Assembly: GCF_028641065.1 (NCBI RefSeq)
Contig: NC_073380.1
Coordinates: forward strand, 81,282,001-81,346,000
Direction of reading: 5' to 3'
Length of the DNA: 64,000 nucleotides
Source of the DNA: Leucoraja erinacea
Taxonomy: Eukaryota
Both the position numbers and the translations under genes were made by a program. The notes under the pieces are model-generated. The model ran no database searches and was not told where the DNA came from. It saw nothing but the letters and a program-made list of their open reading frames with translations. This document shows, in pieces, positions 24,727 through 36,444 of the stretch. How positions within the stretch are numbered: position 1 is the first letter of the stretch; each line of letters begins with the position of its first letter.

Positions 24727-25196
24727 ATTGGCCTCTGCAATACCCCTAGTGTGTAGGAAGTGGGTGAGTGTGTGGAATAACACATACTTGTGTGATTGGG
24801 TGATCGGTCAGCGAGGACTTGGCGAGCTGTTTCCAAGCTGTATCTATCAATCAATCAAAAAAAGGAACATACATCCTGTGGTAGACAAACATGCTGGAGA
24901 AACTCAGCGGGTGAGGCAGCATCCATGGAGCGAAGGAAATAGGCAACGTTTTGGGTCGAAACCCTTCTTCAGACTGATGTGAGGATGGGGGGGGGGGGGG
25001 GGGGGCGGGAAGAAGAAAGGAAGAGGAGGAGCCAGTGGGCTGAGGGAGAGTTGAGAAAGGGAGAAAGTAGGGACCGGGGTTTGTTCCTGTCTGTATGGAG
25101 TTTGCACATGCGCACTGTGACCGCATAGGTTTTCTCCAGTTGCTCCGTTTTCCTCTCATATTCCAAAGGCGTGCAGATTTATAGGGTATTGGCTTC

Positions 25197-25555
25197 TATA
25201 AGGGGGTTGCGCGTAAGGTAATCGGGCCAAAGGGCGTGATGCAAGAAGCAACTCAATCCATGTGGAGGACATGGCGGCCTCAGCATACACTGTTAACGCA
25301 CGAAACGCGTACTTTCTTTCCTGTTAAAAACCGCCAAAATGATCATTTTTTGCGCTGTAAATAATTGGCGGTGCGGGAAGGTATCATGTTTAAACTGGTG
25401 TTATCTCATGGTGTAGCGTATTTTACAATCCGCGACTAATAGCCGCATGCACTGTCGTGTCCAGAGAAACAGCACCATCTCGATAAGCCTTCGCTAAATA
25501 AAGTGAACTCAAAGTCAGAGCACCAAGTCTGAACCCGAGCACCAAGGTGTAAGAG
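25197..25555 (+). repeat. Interspersed GC-rich repeat homologous to 15846-16085
   Basis: Shared blocks include aaagggcgtga, ggaggacatggc.gcctc, catacactgttaac.cacgaaacgcgtactttctt, ttttgcgctgtaaataatt and tgaacccga.caccaaggtgtaag. Confidence 0.8.
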
Positions 25556-26174
25556 GCCGAAGGAGCGCATCCCTCGGGGCAGACCCCACTCTCAGCGCTG
25601 TCCGGCCATGTCTCCCCCTGTGGCCGCATTGTCAGGGGCTGTGAGTCGGCAGTGCCCACACACATGGAGCGGGGCCGGGTGGGGCTGGATGAGGTGGGGC
25701 CGTGGCTCTGGGCAGTGTCAGCTGCAGCAAGGTTGGGGACGGTCTGCTCCCTCCGCCCACCCAGAGTCACTGCACCGACACCCCGACCTCTCCCGCATCC
25801 CCGAGCGGGATCAGGAGTAGTCGGACGCAAGGCGTCAAGATCGATGGAGGGGTGAACCGGGAAGTTGCCTCCAGCGCCTAGAGAGTACAGATCGGCTGTA
25901 GTACCCCAGGACACAAAGGTGGCTTGGCATGAAGAGGGACCCTCAGTTTATCCAGCGTGTTCTTGTGTTATTAGGCCTCTGTCCAGTTTCCAGGGTTAAT
26001 ATGCGGCAGCGTCTCGGCGGCATGCGGTTCTCCCTCTCAAATATCTGGAACCTGAATTGGTAATTGGATTGAACAATTGAGACGGGAATAATGGACAGCC
26101 GGTTTAACCTGACTCGAGCGACTGTAACAACACAGCAACATAGTGTGGCAAGCTGCAGCCTCGGCTCGGCGCTG

Positions 26175-26213
26175 AGTATTTGATCTGGGCTCCCGCGGCG
26201 TTGTATCACTGTG
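26175..26213 (-). promoter_or_regulatory. 23-RSS with divergent nonamer (CACAGTG, 23 nt, TCAAATACT)
   Basis: Perfect heptamer 26213-26207. The 9-mer at 23-nt spacing (26183-26175) matches ACAAAAACC at 6 of 9 positions. Confidence 0.85.
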
Positions 26214-26658
26214 CTCTTCCAATGAGCACAGTAGTAGTCCCCCGCGTCGCTCTCGTCTATGTCTCTGATGTCCAACAGGCTCGCTTTCTCCTTCGACAAA
26301 TTCTCAGCGAAGAATTTGTCGCCGAAGCCTGGGTCCCTGACTGGCTCGGATTTCACGCTGATGTACAGGATGCGCTGCATGCCTCCGCTCACGGCGTTTC
26401 GGTACCAATGCACCTGCAGACCGTCGAAATCATCCTCGGTGTCAATGACGCAGCGAAAGCGTGCCGTCTTCCCTTTCGACCTGGTGTTGGATGCTTTTAG
26501 CTGGAGTAGAGACTGGGAAGGGCAGCAGCCTGTTGAAGGAATACCGCAGTTACTACCGACCTTTTGGGATAACATGAACCTTAAAATGAGCCAAACCTGA
26601 ACTACCTACAGAAGGAGAAGGCCAGGAGCAGCAAGGGAGCTGCGATCTCCGCACGCAT
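26214..26658 (-). CDS. TRGV: TCR gamma V segment (leader exon 26658-26610, V exon 26529-26214)
   Basis: Leader MRAEIAAPLLLLAFSF+T, donor GTAGGT, 80-bp phase-1 intron, acceptor TTCAACAG. Open V domain SQSLLQLKASNTRSKGKTARFRC...VHWYRN...RILY...RDPGFGDKF...DESDAGDYYCAHWKS. Confidence 0.93.
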
Positions 26659-27438
26659 GACTCTGCTTGATTCGCTGGTTCGTGGAAATGAAGCGGATAA
26701 CGTCTCGACACTCCTGCTGTCACCAGATGTGTCGGCTTTAAACCGACTGCGAGAGACGTTGAAATATTTCCTCCCTGACGTGGTTAGCACTGTTGGCTAA
26801 CAACGAACAGCGGCCGCGGACTCCGTGTATGATCTCAATGCTGCTGAAATGCAGGTGAACCGTTTCCAATTGGAGCGCATGGTCCCGGAAGAAGAGGTAC
26901 GTCAAATGCTTGGTTAGTGATTAATCTGTGCAAGAACTTCATTGGTTCTTCCAGGTAGGGACTCCTAATGCACCTTCTTGCGAATTACTCAACGCCAAAG
27001 ATTCATGCAAACAATGACCATGGGCGATTGGAATAATTTCACAACAGAGATATTAGCTTGTGCAGCAGCATCTATGGAGCGATGCCAAGGGTTTCGGCCC
27101 GAAACGTTGCCTAATCCTTCGCTCCATAGATGCTGCTGCACCCGCTGAGTTTCTCCAGCATTTTTGAGTACCTTCGATTTTCCAGCATCTGCAGTTCCTT
27201 CTTAAACACAAGAGATATTAGCTTTCTCACCGACGGTGGATGAGCCTCAGCCGTGTGTATCGTGGCACGGGAATTCCATTCCCATCACCTGCCCTCTTAA
27301 ATCTCCCCACCACTTGAGCCACTCCCGCCTTTAAAACCATGACTTTGGTCAGCTGTTTGACTGTATTTTGAGAACAACCGTGAGCCACCTGGGGCGTTTC
27401 ACCTTGCTAAAATGGGCATTTATTTTTCAGCATATATA

Positions 27439-28181
27439 AACATAGCAAATGGGTGCAGGAGTAGGCCATTCAGCCCTTCGAGCTTGCACCGCCATTCAAT
27501 ATGATCATGGCTGATCATCCAACTCAGTATCCCGTACCTGCCCTTTCTCCATACCCCCTGATCCATTTAGCCACAAGGGCCACATCTAACCCCCTCTTAA
27601 ATATAGCCAATGAACTGGCCTCAACTACCCTCTGTGGCAGATAATTCCAGAGATTCACCACTCTCTGTGTAAAAAAATGTTTTTCTCATCTCAGTCCTAA
27701 AAGATTTCCCCTTTATCCTTAAACTGTGACCCCTTGTTCTGGACTTCCCCAACATCGGGAACAATCTTCCTGCATCTAGCCTGTCCAACCTCTTAAGAAT
27801 TTTGTAAGTTTCTATAAGATCTTCTAAATTCTAGCGAGTACAAGCTGAGTCTATCCAGTCTTTCTTCGTATGAAAGTCCTGACATCCCAGGAATCAGTCT
27901 GGTGAACCTTCTCTGTATTCCCTCTATGGCAAGAATGTCCATCCTCGGATTAGGAAACTAAAACTGTACGCAATACTCCAGGTGTGGTCTCACCAAGACC
28001 TTGTACAACTGTAGTAGAACCTCCCTGCTCTTATACTCAAATCCTTTTGCTATGAATGCTAACATACAATTGGCTTTCTTCACTGCCTGCTGCACCTGCA
28101 TGCCTACTTTCATTGAGTGGTGTACCATGACACCCAGGTCTCGTTGCATCTCCCCTTTTCCTAATCGGCCACCATTCAGAT
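27439..28181 (-). mobile_element. CR1 LINE 3' fragment
   Basis: Near-identical to 18978-19730 (LVRPHLEYCVQF etc.). Confidence 0.9.
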
Positions 28182-28442
28182 AAAATGAGTGTATTGAGAG
28201 CACAGTTATCAGTATTTAAAAATAAAGTGGATTATCGTATTTTAGTTTTGGCTAAAGACCTCTAGGTTATAACGAGCAGCACCAGTTCTGTATCATTGCA
28301 GAGAGCGTCATACCCTTTGGGGTTGCCGTACTTTGCTGTGATCTTCTATAGGTCCCCACAACACAAAGTGTTGAAAACCATTCAAAAAGGTGGTGAGCAA
28401 ACTACAGTTTGTTCTCGCCACTTCACTTGGAATTCTCTTGCT

Positions 28443-28788
28443 ATAATAATAATAATAATAATAATAATAATTTTATTTATAGAGCACTTTAAAAACAAAC
28501 ATAGCTGCAACAAAGTGCTGTACATCACTAATCATTGACAAAAAAGTTAATACACACCAAAAATAACAATCAAAAGAAATAGTAGGAAAAGACATGTAAA
28601 ATAAAGAAACATCAAAAACACCACAAACAGAAGCAAAGCCTCAGGCATGGTCAAAAGCCAGGGAGTACAAATGCGTTTTAACACTGGATTTGAAGATGGA
28701 CAGTGAGGGGGCCTGTCTGATGTGCAGCGGCAGGGTGTTCCAGAGTGCCGGAGCAGCAACAGAGAAGGCTCTATCCCCTCTATCCCCT
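28443..28788 (-). mobile_element. L2-clade LINE 3' end with (ATT)n tail
   Basis: Minus strand encodes GDRAFSVAAPALWNTLPLHIRQAPSLSIFKSSVKTHLYSLAF, the classic L2 ORF2 C-terminus. Confidence 0.85.
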
Positions 28789-28967
28789 ATAAAGATCATG
28801 TATATTGTTTCACACCATTTACAGAAACCACGCTGATTTTCTAGAATAGGCTTCCCTCAAGGAGACTGATCAGTCTGTTAAGCAGGACTATTGTAAGAAT
28901 TTTACCAGCTGTCAATGGTAAAGAAATCCAACCCATTAATCCAGACTAATCTATTGATATAAATTGA

Positions 28968-29656
28968 CATAGAAACATAGAAAATAAGTGCAGGAGGAGG
29001 CCATTCGGCCCTTTGAGCCAGCACTGCCATTCATTGTGATCATGGCTGATCGTCACCTATCAAAAACCCGTGCCTGCCTTCTCCCCATTTCCCTTGACTC
29101 CACTAGCCCCTAGAGCTCTATCTAACTCTCTCTTAAATCCATCCAGTGACTTGGCCTCCACTGCCCTCTGTGGCAGAGAATTCCATAAATTCACAACTCT
29201 CTGGGAGAAAAAGTTTTTTTCTCACCTCAGTCTTAAATGACCTCCCTTTTATTCCAAGACTGTGGCCCTTGGTTCTGGACTCGCCCAATATTAGGACCAT
29301 TTCTCCTGCATCTAGCTTGTCCAGTCCATTTATAATTTTATATGTTTCTATAAGATCCTCCATCATCCTTCTAAACTCCAGTGAATACAAGCCTAGTCTT
29401 TTCAATCTTTCCTCATATGACAGTCCCGCCATCCCATGGATCAATTACGTGAACCTTCGCTGCACTGCCTCAATCACAAGGATGTCCTTCCTCAAAGTAG
29501 GAGACCAAAACTGTACACCATACTCCATATGTGGTCTCACCAGAGACCTATACAACTGCAGAAGAACCTCTTTACTCCTATACTGAAATCCTCTTGTTAT
29601 GAAGGCCAACGTTAGCTTTCATTAGCTTTCTTCACTGCCTGCTGTACCTGCACGCC
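28968..29656 (-). mobile_element. CR1 LINE 3' fragment (second subfamily)
   Basis: GLSYEERLKRLGLYSLEFRRM...; near-identical to 47840-48312. Confidence 0.9.
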
Positions 29657-31336
29657 ATTGTAAATTTGACACCATTAACCAGCTCATATTTGCGTTCATC
29701 TTATTTTCCATGGTATCTGCTGGATGTTAATAAACAGCCAGAAATAGGGTGTTCTGCAAACCCCAATTTCCATTTTCCTTGGTGAAAACCTTACTGCAGC
29801 ATCATTCACAGTTCGGGGTTAAGTGCGCCTAAGAAAAGGTTTGAAGCATTAACTCCATTTATCTCCATAGATGCTGCCTAGCCTTTTGTATTCCAAAAAT
29901 ATAGTCTGTGTTTTTTGTGGGATCGCAAGAAATATTTTTGCATCAGTGCACTGGGAAACTTTGGAGGAAGAACTGGAAACAGACGGGAATGACTGCCCTG
30001 TAAATAAAACATATTTCCTTCATTGACACAAAATGCTGCAGTAACTCAGCGGGTCAGACAGGAGAAAAAGGAATAGGTGACGTTTCGTGTCGAGACCCAT
30101 CAGTGTCACAAGTTCACAATCCTGGAGCTATCTCCTTGGCAACATTTCGCAAAGAGACACAAACGATTTCACATGCTGTCAGCGGGTCAGGCAAACCTGT
30201 GGAGAGAAATGGAGAGTCAACATTTCAGGTTGAACCCCTTTCCATAGACTGTGAAAGGGTCTCGTCGAGTGTCCATCTGCCTCCACCTAACCGCCAGGTT
30301 CCTCCAGCAGTCAGTATTTGAGCTGATGAAGGCATCAAGGTAAAACTGGTCTGTGGGCATCAAAGGGGCCAGAGGTTACAGTCCTATCTTGCACAAAGTA
30401 AAATGGTTGTGGTTGTCAGAAATCACTGATTGTACCCTGTGATCGCATGTGTTTACTCTGGGTACTCGGTATTCCCATATTCCCACATTTCAACAAAGAC
30501 GTGCAGGTTTGTGCCCCTAGTGTGTAAGATAGAAGTAGTATATGGGTCAGCGCGGACTCGGTGGACCATCAGGTCTGTTTCCACGACGTATGTCTAAAAA
30601 CTGTTTATAAAAATGCAAATTTCCATTTGAGTCACAAGTGTCTCAACAAATAAAGCAGCTCACGTCTGTATGCAACGAGCGTTAGACAACATTCATCATG
30701 GGCTGGTAAGTGCCAGGTAATTGACCATAAAAGAGCCAGGCAATGACCATCAGAGAATGGAGAAAATCCAACTCCCTACGCTTGATATTCAATTTCCTAA
30801 CCTCTGCTAAGTCAGACTGTATCCATGTATAGTATGTATAGTATGGCCAGACACTTACATAGACAATATGGCCAGTGAGAAGCTTGGTATCCTACTAATC
30901 TCCCAATACCCCAAATATTTCCACCATAGACAAGCCACATGTATATCATGGAGTCATGTGCTGCACTCTGTATCTTCTACTGTGCTCTACCTATTGTATT
31001 CGAGTTTGGCTTAACTGTATTTATATATAGTATATACCTGAACATAGACACAAAATGCTGGAGCAACTCAGCAGGACAGGCAGCATCTCTGGATAAAAGG
31101 AATGGGTGACATTTTGGGTCGAGACTGAGAGTCAGGAGAGAGGAGACAGAGATATGGAAGGGTAAGGTGTGAAAACGATATATGTGAACTGTTTGGGTAG
31201 CCTGCAGAACAAAGCTTTTCACTGTACTTCAGTACAGGTGACAGTAATAAACCTAAACCCAAACCTGAACCTAGAGTTGTACAACACAGAAATGGGACCC
31301 TAGACACGCCTTGGAATACCCTCTACTTGCCTAATT

Positions 31337-32720
31337 CAAGTTCAAGTTCAAGTGAGTTTATTGTCATGTGTCCCTGATAGGACAATGAAATTCTTGCTTT
31401 GCTTCAGCAGAATAGAACATAATAGGCATTGACTACAAAACAGATCAGTGTGTCCATATGCCATTATATAAATATATACACACATGAATAAATAAACTGT
31501 TAAAGTGCAAATAACATATAATGGGTTATTAATGTTCAGAGTTTTGTCGGAGCCAGGTTTAATAGCCTGATGGCTGTGGGGAAGTAGCTATTCCTGAACC
31601 TGGTCATTGCAGTCTTCAGGCTCCTGTACCTTCTACCTGAAGGTAGCAGGGAGATGAGTGTATGGCCAGGATGGTGTGGGTCTTTGATGATACTGCCAGC
31701 CTTTTTGAGGCAGCGACTGCGATAAATCCCCTCGATGGAAGGAAGGTCAGAGCTGATGATGGACTGGGCAGTGTTTACTACTTTTTGGAGTTTTTTCCTC
31801 TCCAGGGCGCTCAATTGCCGAAACCACGCCACGATGCAACCGGTCAGCATGCTCTCTACCGTGCACCTATAGAAGTTAGAGAGAGTCCTCCTTGACAAAC
31901 CGACTTTCCGTAATCTTCTCAGGAAGTAGAGGCGCTGATGTGCTTTCTTGATAATTGCATCAGTGTTCTCGGACCAGGAAAGGTCTTCAGAGATGTGCAC
32001 GCCCAGGAATTTGAAGCTCTTGACCCTTTCAACCATCGACCCGTTGATATAAACAGGACTGTGGGCCCCCCTCTTACTCCTTCCAAATTCCACAATCAGT
32101 TCCTTGGTTTTGTTGGTGTTGAGGGCCAAGTTGTTGTGCTGGCACCATATGGACAGTTGCTCGATCTCTCTTCTATACTCTGACTCATCCCCATCAGTGA
32201 TATGTCCCACAACAGTGGTATTGTCAATGAACTTGATGATGGAGTTCGCACTGTGATTGGCTACGCAGTCATGAGTATAGAGTGAGTACAGCAGGGGGCA
32301 TAGCATGCAGCCTAGAGGTGCTCCCATGCTGATTGTTATCGAGGCTGACACATTCCCACCAATACGAACAGACTGTGGTCTGTGAATGAGGAAGTCGAGG
32401 ATCCAATTGCAGAGGGATGCGCAGAGACCCAGTTCTGCGAGTTTGGTAACCAGCTTAGAGGGGATGATAGTATTAAATGCCGAGCTGTAATCAATGAATA
32501 ACAGCCTGACATATGAGTTTTTGTTGTCCAAGTGGTCCAGAGCGGAGTGGAGGGCCTGCGAGATCGCATCCACTGTTGATCTGTTGTGGCAGTAAGCGAA
32601 CTTCAGTGGGTCCAGGTTTTTGTCGAGGTAGAAGTTGATTTGTGCCATGATCAACCTCTCAAAGCACTTCATCACCACAGGTGTTAGCGCTACAGGTCGA
32701 TAGTCATTAAGGCACATCAC
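31337..32720 (-). mobile_element. Rex1/Babar-clade LINE, 5'-truncated, with a 394-aa RT ORF (31536-32720)
   Basis: [21 protein letters not shown]...[12 protein letters not shown]...YTHDC...[15 protein letters not shown]...[13 protein letters not shown], plus a 3' (CTTGAA)n tail. The catalytic FADD is mutated to FIDN. Confidence 0.88.
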
Positions 32721-33214
32721 AAATTCTCAAAAGCTTCACACACAGGCAGGACAATGCAGTCCACTGCACTGCCATTTGATCGAACATCCTAAATTTTCAC
32801 TCCCTCCAAAGGCTCACAGTGGCTGCAAAAATATACAAATGAACTCTTATACATGCAGAGTCTTCAAATCCCGTGACCTCTGCCACTGGGAAAGAAAAGT
32901 GGGGGTGCGGTGGGGGGCACAAGAGGAACACCAGTGTTGCAAGTTGTGCTCACAGTTGCTTAACGTCCAGATTTGGAATATTGTATTTATAACCCATCGT
33001 TCATCATTGCACGGGTTAAATTCGGGAACAATCTAACCATAACGTGGGAACACCTTCATCAGTGGGACTGCAGCAGGTGCAAAAGGCGACTCGCCACCAC
33101 CGTCTCAACAATGATGATGGATGGATAATACCTGTTGGCCTCTTCAATCTATCAGTTTTCAATCGAACAGTTGTGGCGAATTGGCTTTCATCAGTCAGAG
33201 TATTGTATGGCAAT

Positions 33215-34388
33215 TGAGAGGTGGTGCAGTTGTATAAGATGTTGGTGAGGCCGCATTTACAGTGTTGTGTTCAGTTCTGGGCACCATGTTATAGAAATAT
33301 GTTGTCAAGCTGGAAAGGGTACAGAGAATATTTACACAGATATTGGCAGGGCTAGAGGGTCTGAGCAATAGGGAGAGGTTGAGTAGGCTGGAACTCTATT
33401 CCTTGGAGCGCAGGAGGATGAGGGGACATCCTATTGAGGTGTATAAAATCATGAGAGGAATAGATCCGGTAGATACACAGTCTCTTGCCGAAAGTAGGCG
33501 ACTGAGGACTTGAGGACATGGGTTAAAGATGAAGGTGAAGATTCAATAGGAATCTGAGGGGTAACTTTTTCCACACAATGGGTGGTGGGTGTATGGAACA
33601 AGCTGCCAGAGGAGGTAGTTGAGGCAGGGACTACCCCAACATTTAAGAAATCGTTAGACAGGTACATGGATTAGACAGGTTTGGAAGAATATGGACCAAA
33701 TACGGGCAGCTGGGCCATGTTGGCCGATGCGGACAAGTTGGGATGAAGGGCCTGTTTCCACACTGTATCACTGTGACTCTTTTACAATGAGCGCAGTGCA
33801 GGGCTGTCTGGAGCAAGCCTGAACAATCCATCACTTGGGGGCCGGGGGCGGGGGGGGGGGGGGGGGGGGAGGAGGGGGGGGGGGAGGGGAGGATGGGGTG
33901 GGGGGGTTTATCTCTCACTGGAATGTAGGGTGAGAGGGGATCTTATAGAAACATATAAAATCATTAAAGGATTTGACAGACTAGATACAGGACAATATTC
34001 TCGATGTTGGGGGGGTCCAGAACCAGGGGTCACAGTTTAGGAATAGGAATACTTTATTATCACATGTGCCTAAGCCCAGAGATTCTCTGCTTGCATACAC
34101 AATGTATACAAATAACAGCCATTTAAGACTGAGATGAGGAAAAACTTCTTCACCCAGAGAGTTGTGAATCTGTGGAATTCTCTGCCACAGGCAGTGGAGG
34201 CCAATTCACTGGATGTTTTCAAGTGAGAGTTAGATTTAGCTCTTAGGGCTAAAGGAAACAATGGATATTGGAGGGGAAACAGAGACGGGTACTGATTTTA
34301 GATGATCAGCCATGATCATATTGAATGGTGGTGCTGGCTCGAAGGGCCGAATGGCCTACTCCTGCACCTATTTTTCTATGTTTCTATG
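33215..34388 (+). mobile_element. Two CR1 3' fragments (~33215-33785 and ~33935-34388) separated by a G-run
   Basis: CR1 C-terminal motifs and 3' tails. Confidence 0.8.
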
Positions 34389-34519
34389 ATAAACACACGA
34401 TTGTGTAGCTGGCCGTTTCATCGCAGTACTGCCTGGGACAGGCCAGGGTGGTTCTGCAATACCAGCTCCAGCCACTAGATGGCAAGATATGTTTACTGAT
34501 TGGAATTGGACTAAAACCA

Positions 34520-34990
34520 CTCCGCTCCCCTCCCGAGTCGCTCATCTCTCACCTCCCTTTCTCATCTTCCCATTCCCATTCCCCATTCCTCCCTCCCATC
34601 CCCCCTGCCGTCCTCCCACCCTGCTCCCAATTTTTCCCCATTCCCCCTCTTCCCGTCTCCCCATCTCCCCCACTATGCATCCCCATTCCCCCTCACCATG
34701 TTCCTCACTCTTCCCCTCTACATTCCCTTCTCCCGTCTCCCCATCTCCACATCACTGTCCATTTCCCATCTCCCCATCTCTCTCTCTCACCATTTGCTCT
34801 TCATCTTCCCCCAGCCTGCCCCCATCCCCCATTTCCCAATTTCACCTCGCCATATTCACCTTCTATGACCCTGCTCCCCATCTCCTCTCCCATCTCTCCC
34901 ATCGTTGTTATCATCACACTCCCCATATCCCACTCTGCCAAGTCACCCACCTTCCCATCACGGGCCTTTCTCCCAGATACTCCCGACGTC
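34520..34990. repeat. Polypyrimidine low-complexity tract (CCCAT/CTCCC-rich)
   Basis: About 470 bp with very few G on the + strand. Confidence 0.85.
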
Positions 34991-36444
34991 CTGTTCCAAC
35001 ATCTGACTCAATGGCCCGAGAGCTGGTGGTAATGTTCCTCCATCATCGTTCATTTAGTACCATCCCTCGTTCTCCCCTTTATCCGTGTGTGGAAATCCGC
35101 AACGCGTGAATCTACTCAGAATAACTCCATAGGTTTCCGCCGTGTGCTCGGATTCATCCACATCCCAAAACATGTCACCTCGTGGGTTGATTGTCCGCTG
35201 TAAATTGCCCCTGGTGTCGACGGGTGGTGTACCAAGTGGGAAGGCTGTTGCCTCAATGGTGGGAATATGAGATTGTTCCCAGTACCGCATGGACTCGATG
35301 GGCTGAACTGTCATAAATAAACATGAGAATTATGTGAATAGCGTACAGGCAAGGGAATGCACCCCCTCCCATCAACCCCTTAACTCAGCTTTGCTTTCTT
35401 TTGTTTTTACGTTGATTTTTTTTTATGAAGGAGGAAAACAGTTGTCCGCAGCCTCACCAGTCGGCGCGTAATTTTATTTAAGGCTCGTTCCCCAGAAGCA
35501 TAACGGGCCGTTGTCATTACTGGAGTCCCTGACGCTTTGCGGGGCTGCCTTAGGTCTTGAACACGCCGCAGAGTTCTCTAAAAATAACCCAAACACTGTG
35601 GAATTGTGGCATCAACTGCTCCACTGAAGGAAGTTCTGGTTTTATTGAAACAAAGATAGTAGCGTTCAGTGTGAAGTGAGGCTTTTGAGACGGGACAAAC
35701 ATGGGGTAAGAGAAAACAAATAACAACTCTGACAGTCTATTTTGTCCTTCGATTTGTATCTCCGCATGTCAAGGGCGATTTGTTTGATAATCCTGCCCAT
35801 TAGCCAGTGGTGAATTTATTTGTACAATCTCCGGTTTAATTTAGTTAATATGTTATGAATGTTCCCGGATGGGGATTATTTATTTATTTATTTATTGCAC
35901 AGTAAGTTTAAGAACCGAGCATATTTATGGATGTTATTCTTATCCGCAGGCGCATTTGCTGCACCTCACTCCCAGCTACCGATATCTCACACTTCCTCTC
36001 GTGCAGGTTCGCGGACATACTGGAGTGAACTGACGTTGCTTGAATGGACGAGATGGGCCGAAGGCACTGTTTCCTTGCTGTGCAGAGATGCGAGCATGCC
36101 CGCGCTGCATCTCGTCCAAACTCCCACCCGAGCCACTGGCCGGGCTATGTTAATAAGCTTTCAATCAAGAGAACTGGAACGCAGTATTTCAACCCCTCCC
36201 TCCCCCTCCTGTTGCTTCCATCTTCCACCACCTCTCACTCCAGTTCCATTCTTCACCTTCTTCCTATCAATTCCAGAATCAGCTGAAATTAGCTTTCAAC
36301 TTATCACCTCCCAGTCTCTGTTGCCATATCCACTCTTCTCTCCACCTGTTACCTGCCAATCAACCTCCTCACCTGTATCCATCTATCGCTTGCTAGTCCT
36401 TGCCCCAGCCCTCTCCCCACCTGTTTATACTGGCTACATAGTAA

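Noticed and set aside
25943-26213. C-terminal half of the 210-aa ORF as a second domain
   Set aside because: It is read-through past the RSS, and the ORF's N-terminus is intron sequence.
34448-35109. 194- and 206-aa Pro/Ser/His-rich ORFs
   Set aside because: They arise from a polypyrimidine low-complexity tract that lacks stop codons.
35594-35600. Isolated CACTGTG heptamers (also ~6831, 9093, 18222, 18309, 25112) as J-segment RSS
   Set aside because: I saw no nonamer at 12/23 spacing and no FGxG J motif next to them. No J or C segment is seen in the window.
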